From Podarcis bocagei (taxonomy: Eukaryota), in NCBI GenBank assembly GCA_964188305.1, contig OZ076886.1: a stretch of DNA of 64,000 nt; one strand, 5' to 3'. The translations under genes were made by a program, and so were the position numbers. Under the pieces are notes generated by a model. It ran no database searches and had not been told where the DNA came from. It worked only from the letters and a program-made list of their open reading frames with translations. The number at the start of each line of letters is the position of its first letter. The stretch's first letter is position 1. This document shows, piece after piece, positions 12,201 through 25,799 of this stretch.

Positions 12201-15200
12201 CCATTCACCCCCACCGACCCCCTCTTACTGAGGACTTGCATGTGTTTTACCATCACAACCCAGATGGTTATGACTCAAAGAGAGTTGGACCATAACTGAG
12301 GAGGGAAAATATTACGGACAGATCAGTGTGTGTGTGTAGAGATCCGTAGAGATTTATCTACCTGATCTAGTTTCTAAGAAGTGTATAATGGATTCTGCTC
12401 AGCCAAAAGCCCAATAGACTTCCTCTGAAACAGAAATACGTGGCAACGTGGCATTTTACCCCAAACTAAGCACACCTCTCTCATAGTTGACAGTCTTTCC
12501 TTGCCTTCACTCTTCCATGTCTGCTTTTGTCTTTTTTCTGTCTATTTAAGAGGCAAAATACACATCATTAGCATGACAGGCTGTTGCTTCCTGAGCAGTA
12601 TGATATAATTTCCAACTGAGGGGGGTTATATGAATGCTCCTACATCTTAAAAACAACAAAACCTAACGCATCAGAAAGAATATATGTAACACATTCCCAT
12701 GAGTAATTGGGTTATTTTTGGAGGCCCTCTTCAGGAAAGAGTCCTGGAAAACCACCTGTGCTGACTTTCTGTGAATTGGTATTAAAAAACCATTCTGCTC
12801 TTGCTCTTCCCCATGTAATTCCAAATTTGTGTTTGGAACCACAGCTGATTTTATTTCAGAACAAGTTCATTCTGGGGCGTTGTCATAGCAAGTGTAGAAG
12901 ACTGGGTTGCCTTGTGCTACACTTCCTCCAGCAATCATCCTCTTCCCAAGCATAATTCATAATGCAATACTAAACATATCTCCACAGAAGGAAGTCCTAT
13001 TGAATTCAATGCCGCTTACCCCCCAGGTTAAATTTCCCACATAACTCCTTTGTAGAGTCCTCTCTTAAACATTTCACCTGCCCACAAATATACGGACTGA
13101 AAGACATAATGGTCACGATGAATGGAAAGCCTTTGAAGTTTAACCAAAGCTAGAGATAGAGCATCTTTATGAAATAAAATGGGTTTGTGGTTGTTTTTTT
13201 ACTTGGGCTGGCATTTATTGGCTGAGATTAAACTCTGTTGAGTAGGACTAAGTCTATAGTGCAATAAGTATATTTGTATTTTGAATCCACCATGTTTTTA
13301 AAACATGCTGGTGGTCACTATGTGCCTTTAGAATGAGTGCAGAGTTAAATATTTTGCATTCCAAGCCATTTTATTGATTGCCCCTCTTGGTAGATAGAAG
13401 TGTTACAGGCTTTGGTCTGGCAAGATGTTGACGATAGCAGGACACAGCAGGGTGAAGGTACCAGAAAGTGTGTTAGGTCTTAACAAATAAGAATTCTATT
13501 GTTTCCTTGGTCTCTTAGTGGCCCTACTGTGAGAAACGCTGCAGCTACTGCAACTTCAACAAGTACATTCCCCGAAATCTTGATGAGCAGAAAATGAGGA
13601 ACTGTCTTGTTCAGGAGGCCCAGACCCTGATCCAACTCAGCCAAGTCAAGAGGTTAGTATAGTGGAAGATGAGGGGGAGGTTTTGAACAGTCAGGATTTA
13701 CAGTCAGGGAACTTTGGAAGGAAAGGGAAAGAGATGAGTTTTACAACAAAGCCAGCAGCTGCTCTTGCGTTGGGAATTTTAGTGTTTTGGGATAAGCCCA
13801 ATATATTCAGTACTGATGCTCTTCACCATTAGAGGACAGTGGCTTTTGTGAAATCCTACAGAGGTTTGAAGTCTTTCTGATCAGTGGGAGCATTATGTTG
13901 TATATTTGTTAAGTGGCTTGTAAACTGCTATAGGAAGATTTATTTATTTTATTGAAAAGCAGTAGACAAAAAAAAAAGGCAATGAGATGTATGGCTGAGA
14001 CGTATATGGCTCAACACTGTGGGTTCCTCAGATATGTCCCTCTCACCCTCTCCTTGGTTTTGCAGAATCACATCAGTGTTCTTTGGTGGAGGGACGCCAA
14101 GCCTGGCCAACCCGCTCACCATTGCTGCTGTCCTGGACACTGTCTCCCAGTGTGCCCATTTAGCAGAAGGCACTGAGGTTACACTGGAAGCCAATCCCAC
14201 TTCAGCAGATGCCTCGTGCCTGGCTGAGTTCCAGAAAGCTGGTGTCAATCGCCTCTCCGTTGGTGTCCAGGTGAGGTGACGGGTGCATTGCTTTCAGGGC
14301 TGTATTAATCTGTGCTGATCCAGTTACAATATTCCTTTTGGGAGAAGTTTCTAAAAAGCACTTATGGAAATGTTTGGCAACTTGCATTTGTCAAAAATGG
14401 TTGAGCTTGCCACTCTATTTATCAGCATCTCTCTTCCTCCCCTTTCCTGCCCATAGTATGCCAGAAACAGCAAACAGTTACTTATGGAATAAATATCTCA
14501 GAATAGTCCAGGATAACCACCAATCTGACCTGTGAGAAATTCCTTTCCTGTTACTATTTTTCTACATCCACAATTTTAAAAGTAAGAGTTAACTTTGGCA
14601 AGGGAGAAAGCAAACAACAACCTGGGGATCAGTGTGAGATTTCAGTCAGGGAAGGAGTTAAAACACAACCCCCCCCAAGAATGTATTTCAAAGGGGAGAG
14701 GGAGAAAATGGGAAATCTCTTGCACAAACTGTTTTTTGGCCACCAGACTCTTCACATTTTGCTCCCATTGGTTCTTGCTTGCACCAGACATTCAAAAATC
14801 TTCATGCTCTAATAGTGTTTTTACTCTTGCCTTACTCATATCTCTTTCCCAACACTTGCACTTCTTCTTCTCCTGATAAATGAAGCAAATATACTCATGT
14901 TTTCCCGTCCTCATCCACAGTCACTTAATAATACTGAACTGAAACTCCTTGGAAGGAACCACACATCTTGTGACGCTCTACGGACTTTAGAAGAAGCCAA
15001 GAAACTCTTTGCAGGCCGTACTTCCATTGACCTCATATTTGGACTCCCGGGTCAGACCAATGCATCGTGGATCCAGGGTCTGGAGGAAATGCTCGCTGTG
15101 TGTGATGACCACATCTCTCTCTACCAGCTGACACTGGAGAGGGGAACTTCGCTTTTCAAGCAAGTCCACCAGGGCTCCCTGCCCATGCCTGATCCGGATG

Positions 15201-18200
15201 TAGTATCAGAGATGTACGAGTGCTCCCGGCATGTTTTGCAAAATTCAGGTTTCCATCAGTACGAGGTCTCCAATTTCGCTAGGAATGTAAGTCTGTTACT
15301 TTGCCTAGAACCTCTGCTATACAGTGGTACCTCGCAAGACGAATGCTTTGCAAGACGAAAAACGCGCAAGACGAAAGAGTTTTCCGTTTTTTGAGTCGTT
15401 CCGCAAGATGAATTTCCCTATGGGCTTGCTTCGCAAGACGAAACGTCTTGCGAGTTCTTGCGAGTTTGTTTCCTTTTTCTTAAAGCCGCTAAGCCGCTAA
15501 TCCGCTAAGCCGCTAATAGCCGTGCTTCGCAAGACGAAAAGACCGCGAGACGAAGAGAATCGCGGAACGGATTAATTTCATCTTGCGAGGCACCACTGTA
15601 TAGCTTAAATCATGAGTGGGGACCTTACTCAGCCCAAGGGCAGCATCCAAACATTGTGAATCTTTTCCCACACACCAATTCATACACACCAGTGTCACCC
15701 ACTTCCGTCCATTCTCACGTATAATACAGACCATACCAATACCCATTCATGTTTGTTTTCTCCCCACCCCAACACACACACTCTGACCACACCTCCAAAT
15801 AATTAGGCTTGAAAAAGCATTGGAGTTGCAGTCTCCACAAAGATCTCGCTCTCACACACACATATACAACAGCTAAGCTTGAAAACAGCTTCCCATTGGA
15901 GTCATTGGAAGACTTTTTTTCAACACAATTGCCACAGGTGGAGGGTAACTGGGGTTGAGGGTCATAGCTGCTAAGGGAATGGTTAACCTTCTCCCCGTGT
16001 GCTGTCACACACACACAGAGAGAGAGGGGGGGGGGAGAGTGAGTTTTCAAGCCTGACAAGCAAGAGGAGCTTTTTTCAGTGTGGGGGTTGCAGGATATGG
16101 TTAACCCCTCCCTCTTCAGTTGCAACCACTCCAAAAAAACCACAAAACAATCCCCCCCAAGGGGGATATGCAGAGAAGCACCCATGGGTCTCATCCAGAC
16201 TTCAGATGGATTGGTGGTGGGGTTCCTCTGGCCTAAGCAGAAGGGAGTAGACAAAATAATTTCAGATAATGAAATAAGCTTGCTTGCTTGATTGTGTGTG
16301 TGTAAAGAGAAGAATATTATCCAGCTACAGAAGTGAAGCAAACATGCTCTGAGGATGCCTTCTTAGCAAAGAACAGAGCATGTTATGGAAGGCAGTAGGC
16401 ACAGGCTGAGACTGATAGTCAGAAGGCTTAGTTCCCATCCCAAGAGAGAGCTTTAAATCTGAGCTTTCCACTTTCTCACAAAACTTGAATGCTGGATCCA
16501 CTGAGTTGCTGAGCGTCCTCAGGAGTCAGTCGCTAAAGGGTGCCCAGCATGGTGTAACACTGGACTACCTATTCCTTAGTAGTTATGCTGTTCTGTTTTT
16601 CCCCCCCCCTGCAGGGGGCACTTAGTACCCACAACCTGTCCTATTGGCAAGGGAGTCAATATATCGGGATTGGACCAGGTGAGCATTGCTTGGGGAGATG
16701 AGAGGGGCCAGCCGCTTCCCAGTCTGGGCTCTCCAAAGTGCTTTTCAGATGGCACCATTTTAGCTGTGCTTCATGTTCGACATGAGTTGTTGGGGAAAGA
16801 TGGCCTCAGCCATCTGATGGCTGGGCAGTTATGCACATTTGCTTCCCATACCCTCTAGAGACGAAGAATTAAGCCACAGCCCTGGCTGCCTCTTTCCTAG
16901 GTGCCCATGGGAGATTTGTGCCATGGGGAGATGGCAAGGTCCATCGGGAGGCCAGGATACAGACTTTGGAGCCAGATGTATGGATGAAGGAGGTGTTGAC
17001 CGTTGGGCACGGGACCCGGAAGCGGACTGAACTCAGCAAACTGGATATGTAAGCAGAAGGGGAGGCGAGGAGGCAGTTTTATCCCATGAATTTGAGTAGA
17101 ATTCCTTCAAACCATGGTATTGCAGCGGGAACACCTTGGATTCAAGTTTTGACTTGACCACGAACTCAGTAGTTGCCCATAGGCATGCCATGACTGCTTA
17201 GGCCCCCATCTGCAATAGGGGAATACAGTGGTACCTTGGGTTACATATGCTTCAGGTTACATACGTTTCAGGTTACAGACTCCGCTAACCCAAAAATAGT
17301 ACCTCGGGTTAAGAACTTTGCTTCAGGATGAGAACAGAAATCGTGCTCTGGTAGCGCGGCGGCAGCAGGAGGCTCCATTAGCTAAAATGGTGCTTCAGGT
17401 TAAGAACAGTTTCAGGTTAAGGACGGACCTCCGGAATGAATTAAGTACTTAACCCGAGGTACCATTGTACTAAGACCTACATTACATTGCTGTTAGGATT
17501 TCTGAGAAAATCCATGTGAAATGCTTTGAACACTCTAAAGAAGGGGGAGGGGAGGATTTTCAGCTCAAGGGCCTCATTCCCTCAAGTCAATCTTTTAGGG
17601 TGGCAGTGGTGGGTGGGGCCAGAGGCAAGGAATGGATGGAGCCACAGTGACTCTTATCTTTGATATGGTGGCTACATTTCAGCTGTGGAGAATCCAGAGG
17701 CTTCTATGCATACTCATCTCTCCACCCTTCAGCTGGGCCAGGGTTTCCCAAACTTGGGGCTCCAGCCACTTTTGGACTACAGTTCACATCATCCCCGGCC
17801 ACTGGTCCTGGTAGCTGGGGATTATGAGAATTGTAGTCCAACAACAGCTGGAGACCTAAGTTTGGGAAACTGATCTAGGCAAATATGTTTTAATATGTAT
17901 ATAATGCTTGAAATAGCAGGTGAAGTTGGTTCAGAGCATGTGTCCTCTGCGTAGGTCAGACATAGCCAAACTTGGCCCTCTAGATGTTTTGGGACTACAA
18001 CTCCCATCATCCCTAGCTAACAGGACCAGTGGTCAGGGATGATGAGAATTGTAGTCCCAAAACAGCTGGAGGGCCAAGTTTGGCTATGCCTGGTCTAAGC
18101 TAATCTGCTACAGTTGCTAGGAATGGTGTGTGCAGAAAAAGCAGTACAGGTTTCTGGTGACTATTCCTAGGTTGCTAGAGAGTTCTATGTCCTTGTGTTA

Positions 18201-21131
18201 TGTTACCCTGTGACTGTCTCCTTTGCAGACTGGAAGAGGTTCTGATGTTGGGGCTTCGTATGGATATAGGAATTACACACAAGGTGAGGTGTGATTGTGC
18301 CAGCAACTGCACTTGCAGCCAACTGGGTGGGGCTGAAATTTTCAGTGCCCTAACTCCAGAGCTTTTGGCAGAAATGGCCTATTACTTCCTCTTTTTCTGA
18401 ACTTTCTCTGTCTTTTCCACAAGGTACTCAGCAGGTAGAATCAAAAGAATTAAAGAGAAATGAGTGGCCAAGAAGCAAAATACGTGACCAGCACCAGTGG
18501 TTTGAATCTGCTTTTAAAAGATTGGATTTTTATTCCTTTTGGAGAAAGCTTTGAAAAACCTGCTGGTTGTGGTTGCTAAATGAATGAAAGCTGGAAATAA
18601 CCTTTGTGGGATTTCCACTGGCCACGAGGCTCTCAATTTTAGGAACTGTAGATTTTCCCCACCCTCGGTTTATTTTCCTTAAAACACACATTGTTGCTTT
18701 CAGTGGTCCAACAAGGAGAGAATTAGCTGTTGCCTAAAGCAACCCACAGGGACGTGGGTGGCGCTGTGGTCTAAACCACTGAGCCTAGGGCTTGCCGATC
18801 GGAAGGTTGGCGGTTCGAATCCCTGTGACGGGGTTAGCTCCTGATGCTCGGTCCCAACTCCTGCCAACCTAGCAGTTCGAAAGCACATCAAATGCAAGTA
18901 GATAAATAGGTACCGCTCCGGCGGGAAGGTAAACGGCGTTTCTGTATAGTGCTCTGGTTTCGCCAGAACCGGCTTAGTCATGGTTGCCACATGACCTGGA
19001 AAAACTGTATGTGGACAAACGGCGACTTCCTCGGCCAGTAAAGCAATATGGGCACTGCAACCCCAGAGTCGTTAGCGACTGGACTTAACTGTCAGGGGTC
19101 CTTTGCCTTTACCTTTAAAGCAACCCCCTGCACCTTTCTCTCTCTCCAACTTTTATTCAGAGTTATATTTGTTTCCTTGCATCTATCAGCAGCATCCAGT
19201 TATGTACACTGGGAGCAGGAAAGAAAAGGAAAATAACATGGTTATTTCTGACCAAAAGCATTACTAGGGTGGGGAAAAACAACTCAACACTGAGCTTCTT
19301 AATTTGGCAGCAGTGCTGTGTCAGGCATCTTGTGGAGTAGTACTGTAAGCTACACCAGGAACTGGGACCATGGGGCTCTCCAGATGTTCCTGGGACTCCA
19401 GCTCCCATCAATCCCAGCCAACAAGGCTGGTGGTCCGAGATGATGGGAGCCAAGTTCAACATTGGGAGGGTCATGCTTCCCATTCCTGCCCTAAATCTTC
19501 ACCCCTCCAAGAAAGACAAAAATGGCGAAGTCAAGCTTTGAAAATCAAACCGATTCAAGCTTGCCAAATTGCTTAGCACATTTTGGTTATGGTAGAAATC
19601 TAGAAACCGCTAGACAATTTTGCACAGTCCCAGTGCAGGCTGAGATGAAAACAACAATATACGGTACTTCCACCCTTGCTGCAGCTTAACTTGCCAGGCT
19701 TACTCCCAACGATGGTTTGTTGCCAACAATATAAAAGGGGTGTTGGGATTCAAATATGGGTTTGCCACGAAACTAGCATCTAGATTCTGTTTTAGCAACT
19801 GGCATGGCCGCTCAGTTACTGACCTTCATTACAAAGATGCAGTCAACCTAGGATTTCAAAAAGATATGCTAGCTTGAATGCTGGTTGCCAAGGACAGAAG
19901 GGGGGAAAAGCAAAAAATAATTTATTTATTTTTACGTATGTACATTACTTCTTGCCTTTTGGTGTTAGGAGTCTCCAAAGGTAGCCAGAAAATAAATAAA
20001 GACCATAAAAAACCAATTTAAAACAACTCACAAATCAACAACTCATAAAATCAGTAAATGATATACTTCAAGTAATATGTAGAGCTGGGTTGCACATAAT
20101 ACAAACTATGGCTTAGTGCAAATGGAGAAATCACAGTCATTTTGCTGCTGCTTCTGTCTTGCTGCTGCCGTCGCACTGCTGTGAGCCATGCCATGCCATG
20201 GCTTAGGGTGTCATCTGAACCCAGGCTTGAGGTTTGTGTCGCTCCAGTCAAGCCATGAGCTGTAACTATGGGGTGTTCTGGGTTTATAGCTTGTAATTTG
20301 GCTGGAGCAGGCAAACCCAAAGCCTAGGTTAAGACAACATGCTTAGCCAAGGGAAGGCTTAGCTCACAGCAGCGCAGCAGGGGGAGGAGCGCTCTCCAGG
20401 AACACTCACACTAAGCCATGGTTTGTTTGGTGTAGTGTTATATGCAAACTTGATAGCAGAATGGGAGGCTGTGGGGGGGGGGAGTTACTGCACTTCCTGA
20501 AAATTTCTAGGGAGCTAGAGCATCCTTGAGGATGTGCCACAAGAGAATAGGTCTAACATCTTGAGGACACCAGTTTAAACTCTGGTGGTGGAGGGGAGCA
20601 ACCAGAGCAGGGCCCCATCATATGGTCTTAAAAGTATATGAGAGGCTGAGGAATTCATTGCGAGGACTTTATAATTGACATTTGGAAATTGCATTCCCCC
20701 CCACCTCCCACTCATTAGTGTTCTGATAGGACATCAACTGCAAAGCAAATTCTCGAAACTATCGAGCAACACCCATCCTAGCAGCATTTCTTTTCTACAG
20801 CACTGGCTGCAATTTGCCCCTGACCTCAGCCTGTGGGATGCATTTGGAGAATCGGAGGAAGTGAAAGAGCTGGAGGAGGGCGGTTTGCTGCTTCTAGATG
20901 ACAAGTAAGGGGCCCCTACGGGTTCATCATGTTTCTCTCTGAAGAAAGATGCTGTTGTCTGCTGTGGAAGATTAATCCATGTCCTTGTCGGTGGGGATTG
21001 GTTTGTTTTTTTGCAGGGGACTTAGATGTTCTTGGAGAGGCCTGGCTGTGTTGGATTCTCTGCTGCTGACACTTCTCAACCAGTTCCAGAAAGCCTGGGT
21101 GGAAAGAGAAAAAACGTTCAATCAAACCTGA
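11643..21131 (+). CDS. RSAD1: Radical S-adenosylmethionine domain-containing 1 (HemW/HemN-like), 9 exons, 448 aa
   Basis: Exons 11643-11798, 13519-13652, 14066-14270, 14921-15286, 16615-16678, 16901-17048, 18229-18283, 20801-20904, 21017-21131 = 1347 nt in frame. Motifs [17 protein letters not shown] (CxxxCxxC), [28 protein letters not shown]; Arg/Ala-rich mitochondrial-type presequence. Confidence 0.97.
13519..13652 (+). CDS. RSAD1: RSAD1 exon 2
   Basis: [18 protein letters not shown]...; ag/gt flanks. Confidence 0.96.
14066..14270 (+). CDS. RSAD1: RSAD1 exon 3
   Basis: [13 protein letters not shown]...RLSVGVQ|gtgagg. Confidence 0.96.
14921..15286 (+). CDS. RSAD1: RSAD1 exon 4
   Basis: [12 protein letters not shown]...YEVSNFARN|gtaagt. 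Confidence 0.96.
15322..15598 (+). mobile_element. Tc1/mariner-type MITE family B
   Basis: TA|CAGTGGTACCTCGCAAGACG...TCTTGCGAGGCACCACTG|TA; internal GCAAGACGAA repeats. Confidence 0.85.
16615..16678 (+). CDS. RSAD1: RSAD1 exon 5
   Basis: [21 protein letters not shown]|gtgagc. Confidence 0.95.
16901..17048 (+). CDS. RSAD1: RSAD1 exon 6
   Basis: [32 protein letters not shown]...|gtaagc. Confidence 0.95.
17226..17467 (+). mobile_element. Tc1/mariner-type MITE family A
   Basis: CAGTGGTACCTCGGGTT-type TIR, TA TSD. Confidence 0.85.
17739..18093. mobile_element. Two palindromic hAT-type MITEs (~17739-17872 and ~17957-18093)
   Basis: Fold-back GGACTACAAYTCCCATCATC / GATGATGRGAATTGTAGTCC cores; similar copies near 19340-19490, 28071-28205, 37360-37443, 40760-40885, 43050-43150, 46965-47105. 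Confidence 0.7.
18229..18283 (+). CDS. RSAD1: RSAD1 exon 7
   Basis: [18 protein letters not shown]|gtgagg. Confidence 0.94.
18749..19115 (+). mobile_element. Sauria SINE, full length
   Basis: GGGACGTGGGTGGCGCTGTGG head, (ACCTTT) tail, TSD TAAAGCAACCC. Confidence 0.9.
20801..20904 (+). CDS. RSAD1: RSAD1 exon 8
   Basis: [16 protein letters not shown]...LLLDD|gtaagg. Confidence 0.94.
21017..21131 (+). CDS. RSAD1: RSAD1 exon 9 (stop)
   Basis: [23 protein letters not shown]...NQT*. Confidence 0.94.
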
Positions 21132-21624
21132 AGTCCCTACTTAGGTTCCTTAAGAAGTAAAGGATCACAGGAAGCAGCCTTATACTGGGTAGGGCAGGAC
21201 ACTAGGGATTAGGAATGTTCCAACCTTGTGCACTGACTCACACTACCATCCGGGGATAGTAATTTAGCCATCTTGATCTCATTTTCTCCACCTACTAAAG
21301 CTGGGATAATGACCATGAGCCTTGCAGATGAAATACACGTTATGGAACCACAGCATTCTCATGATGTTAGTAGCAAGGAGGGTAAAACAAGGCAACAAAA
21401 TGGAATGCAGGGCATTGATCTGTACAGGGGTAGGGCCCACATCCTCAGGTGGCGTGCCCTGATGGCGTCACTAATCACAGGTCCAACAGGCTGAACAAGT
21501 AACTTTCTACATAGGATGAAATTTCAGCCATTGTCCATTAAACCCATGGCTAAAAGCACAGTGCAAACTTATACTTCAGAGGTAGGATGACTATATTTCA
21601 GGGGTGATTTAAATTGAGAAAGCA

Positions 21625-21883
21625 CCGTATTTTTCACTCTATAAGACGCACCAGACCACAAGACGCACCTAGTTTTTGGAGGAGGAAAACAATAAAAAAA
21701 ATATTCTGAATCTCAGAAGCCAGAACAACAAGAGGGATCGCTGCGCAGTGAAAGCAGCAATCCCTCTTGCTGTTCTGGCTTCTGGGATAGCTGCGCAGCC
21801 TGCATTCGCTCCATAAGACGCACACACATTTCACCTTACTTTTTAGGAGGGAAAAAGTGAGTCTTATAGAGCAAAAAATATGG
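21625..21883. mobile_element. Tc1/mariner-type MITE with CCGTATTTTT termini
   Basis: CCGTATTTTTCACTCTATAAGAC...GTCTTATAGAGCAAAAAATATGG|TA; internal inverted repeat. Confidence 0.75.
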
Positions 21884-24800
21884 TATGTTGGCTAGATGAG
21901 CTTCAAGTTTCCTACTAGATATAATTTTGGTTGTGTGTGGAGATTATAGTCACACATTTTGAGAACCGCAGTGGAATTCAAATGACTCCAGCTAATTTAT
22001 CTGACAAATGAAATAAAGAGTTCAGTTAGGTTTTATACACATTATATACAAACTCCCATGCATGGACTCCAGACAGCAGGAAACGTGCTCCATTTTGCAT
22101 TTACTGGCTAACACAGTAACACAGAGACCGGTGATAATAATAATAAAAACGGAAACAGAAACATGACATGTCTTTTCTGCTCAGGTTCATCCACTGGGAA
22201 GGTGGGGTGTGCAAAGGTGTGTCAGCTAACTTGATGCACACTGTGCTGGTTGGCTGGCCTCCTATGATGTCACCAGGAAACTTCCTTGTGCTCATTCCCT
22301 GGAACAATGCTGCACTGGATTTTGAAGGTAATGAAGGGAAGGATGAACACATGAACAGGATAGTTTGGAAAAATAAATTAAAAAGGACAGCTGACCTGAA
22401 GCGTGTTGGAAGTACAAGACTAATTGCTGAGCCAGTATCTGATTTGCTGATATGCACATAAGTTGTCTTGGGCTCACCCAACAGCCAAAGACCAAATCAA
22501 GCTCTCTTATACTGTTTAATTTTATTCTTAAAAGCACACAAACAACAGAACTTTTAAAACATCAATAAAATTCAGTTCCAGAGACTAACAGGCACTTTTT
22601 AAATATTATGCCTGGAGCTTTTGCACCTTAATTGTGAAAATAATTTAAAATATGTAAAATAATATGGCAGAAGCATGGAAAGACTTGGAATCAAAGCAAC
22701 ATTATGCAGCTTAAAGTTCATCTCACCAACCTGGTGAAAAGTTCTTACTTAGTATGTGGTTTTTGTTTTGCCAAAATTGAATAAGATTCCTGAGGTGAAA
22801 CTACTTTAATGCTGCTTTTTAAGGGAACAAGCCTAGCAATCTCCCGTGCTGTTGGTTTTCTTGCCGCAGGATAGGCTTTAAAAATAATTTCTTGTAAGCC
22901 ACACAGGAAATTTGTTGCAGGGTGAGATTTAGATCCTAAATAAAACAGACTTGTAAGTGGGGTAACTACACCAAACACAGCTTCACTAAACATGCAAAAA
23001 GTTTGGGAGTTTTGCACCTTGGTACAATTGCATGGAGGTAAATGGGCTGCTAGGTCATTTCTAACTTACCCATCAGGGGTTTGTGTGTGTGTATAATCTC
23101 TCTCATGAAAAACTGCCTCTTCTTTCCAAATGCAGGGAGAGAGACAAACACACTCACATCTAAGGGCTGATTAAAATCAGTAAAGCAATTAAAGCTTATT
23201 ACAATCACTCTGGGAGGCAGGAGTAAACTACTAGGGCAGGAATTAAACTTAAAGTGGAATAATTACAGCTTTAATTGCAGCTTCTTTTTACGCTGGATTT
23301 CCATCTACTTTTCACTAGTGTGCACATAACTTTATAATAGATTTACTATGACTAACAGTCTTTAATATTTGCCATTCTCCTCCTTGCAGTAGCTAAGCTA
23401 TAGAATCTGCAATGTAAATAGGACACGCAGACACATTCCCTGCCCACCAGCTTATAATTTAAAATAGACATGTAAGGAAAAGGAGAGATAAGGACATAAA
23501 ATATAGGAGATAATGGGCTGTTGGAGCGGGGTGCAGAAGAGAAGGGGGGGGAGAGTTCTAATAGAAAAAAGTACATTTCAGACAGAGGGGCTGGAAGATG
23601 GCATAGTGTGGATTTTGGTGGGAAGGGAATTCAATTAATAACAATAGGGGGGTGAGGGCAGATATGGCATAGAAGGGCAGATATGGCATAGAAGCCAAGA
23701 TTGAACAGGAAAACAGAACCAGCAGAAGTAATGTGGGAATAAAAAAAAAAAAGAGGAGGCAAAAGGGTTGACAAATTAAAAGGGGAAATGGCTGTATAAG
23801 AGAAGTTTATATGAACAAGACAGTCAGTTAAAGATGGGAAAATAGGAACAATGTGGTGAAAACATGGGAAGAAAGAACAAGCTGAAAAGCCATGGGATAT
23901 ATCTGCATAGCAAATAGTTGAGGGTTGCCTTTAGTTTGTGCTAGACTCCTCCAGTTGGCTAAATTGATAATATGGTGTTGCCTCTTCAGCAACATGGTTG
24001 TATGGCAAAGACATACTGCACAAAATTACGATTGTAGTCTAGGAACACGTCTATTACTCACATCCTTCCCAAAGCAAGTTTGGAACCTGTTGAGGCAACA
24101 ATAGCTTTGCAACAGGAGAGCTCCTTATGATCTCGTGCCTCTGTTATTTGAACCACAAAGCGTATTTGGACCTCACTGCTAAATTAGATTTGAAGAAATG
24201 ATTTCGAAATTTAGGCTGGAATCCTGAACATATTTGCTTGGCAGAGATTCAAACAGAAATCACCAAGACTTGCTTCTGACTAAACATGGTCAAGATTTAA
24301 CTGAAGGAAAGAAGGGAACATGTTTTCAGATAATCCCCTGAAAACAACTTTCTATTATATGAGCAAGGAAATGTGTGCACAGTTAAACTGGATGAGCCAA
24401 AGGAGCATTCCATCATTTAAATGCTCGAACATTCTAGCTATAAAATACAAAATAATTTGTCCCATATGGAATTTGATGCAGGGAACCTGTGTGGTCTGGT
24501 TTAAAGAAGAAAAGAAATGGCCAACATACAATGATTTCCCCTCTAACAGTTTAACAGTTTATGACTTTTTTTTTCTCCTTTTGCCATTTTAGTTTCTCCC
24601 CCCCTTAAAAAAAAGAATATTATAGGCATTTTGATATACATGCTTTGGTCCCCTCACTCCCCAAAACAGCATAATTTGCCAGAAAACAAATGACAGCAGG
24701 CAGCAAAGTGTTCAAGCCTCCCACACCTGTATTTTTAAAGCCACCTACACAATTAACAATTGTTACCGGTAATTCTTTAAATGCAGTATCACTTGATTTG

Positions 24801-25362
24801 GCCAGTAATTTTTTTTTTGCATATGATAATTGCTAGTAAGGTAGCAGAACTCTTATCCTAAAGCAAATGTTTATTCTCAAATACGGGGGGGGGGGGCAGA
24901 TATTTTTTGGGGGGAGGGGTGCCCTCCCAGTCCAGTTCTTCCTTGTAGCATTTCCTACGCTGGGATTTTATTTTGGAACTGTCAAGAGCTCATTGGGCGT
25001 CTCCTGCAACACTTACGTTTTTACATCACTTGGTAAACATGTAAACTAATGGGACTTTTCCTGTCACCGTCATATCCGAGTTTATGGAGAAACAAGCCTG
25101 CCTCAATGGAGTAGGCGGGGAAAACAATGGAATAAGTACCAAAACCCCCGAACTGCGGTGGCGACACCACTTGCTCGCGTATTTGCATCCATGCGGGGGC
25201 GGCGCACCCTCTGCTACTTCCCATTTTTAGAAGGTGAAAAGGAAGGGGGATTTGCTCAAGAGTTGGAGGCAGCCGATTGGGTGTTTCTGGAGTTCAGAAA
25301 GGCCATCCTACCGCTCCTCTTGCAACTGGAGCCTTGGTGTGTGAACTCGCCACTGGCAGAGG

Positions 25363-25381
25363 GAATAATAATAATATTAAT

Positions 25382-25442
<61 letters not shown>

Positions 25443-25590
25443 TTTACACCCCAGCCACTCTGGGCGGCTTCCAATAGAACACTAAAATACAAAAACCTAT
25501 TAAACATTAAAAGCTTCCCTAAACAGGGCTGCCTTCAGATGTCTTCTAAAAGTCTGGTAATTATTTTTCTCATTGACATCTGGTTGGGGA
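25363..25590 (-). mobile_element. L2-like LINE 3' end with (AAT)n microsatellite tail
   Basis: Minus strand TFRRHLKAALFREAF; tail expanded to ~25 AAT; same family near 26331-26410, 30690-30880, 35376-35555, 63591-63920. Confidence 0.75.
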
Positions 25591-25799
25591 GGAGGCGGCT
25601 GCGCATCAAAAACAGCAGCAGCAGAAAAGAGAAGGTGGCGTCTGGTGTTAAGCACAAGGTCTGAACTCGCTCCGGGATGACTGTGGGCAGGATTCATGCG
25701 CTACAGGGGTTAGACTAGATGAGACTTGGGGGTCCCTTCCAACGCTATGATTCACAAATGAACCAGGAAGGCAAGCAGGGAGCCACTACTTAGCAGGCA

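Noticed and set aside
14897-15394. Read-through of RSAD1 exon 4 into a MITE as an alternative C-terminus
   Set aside because: Consensus GTAAGT donor at 15287; incidental open frame
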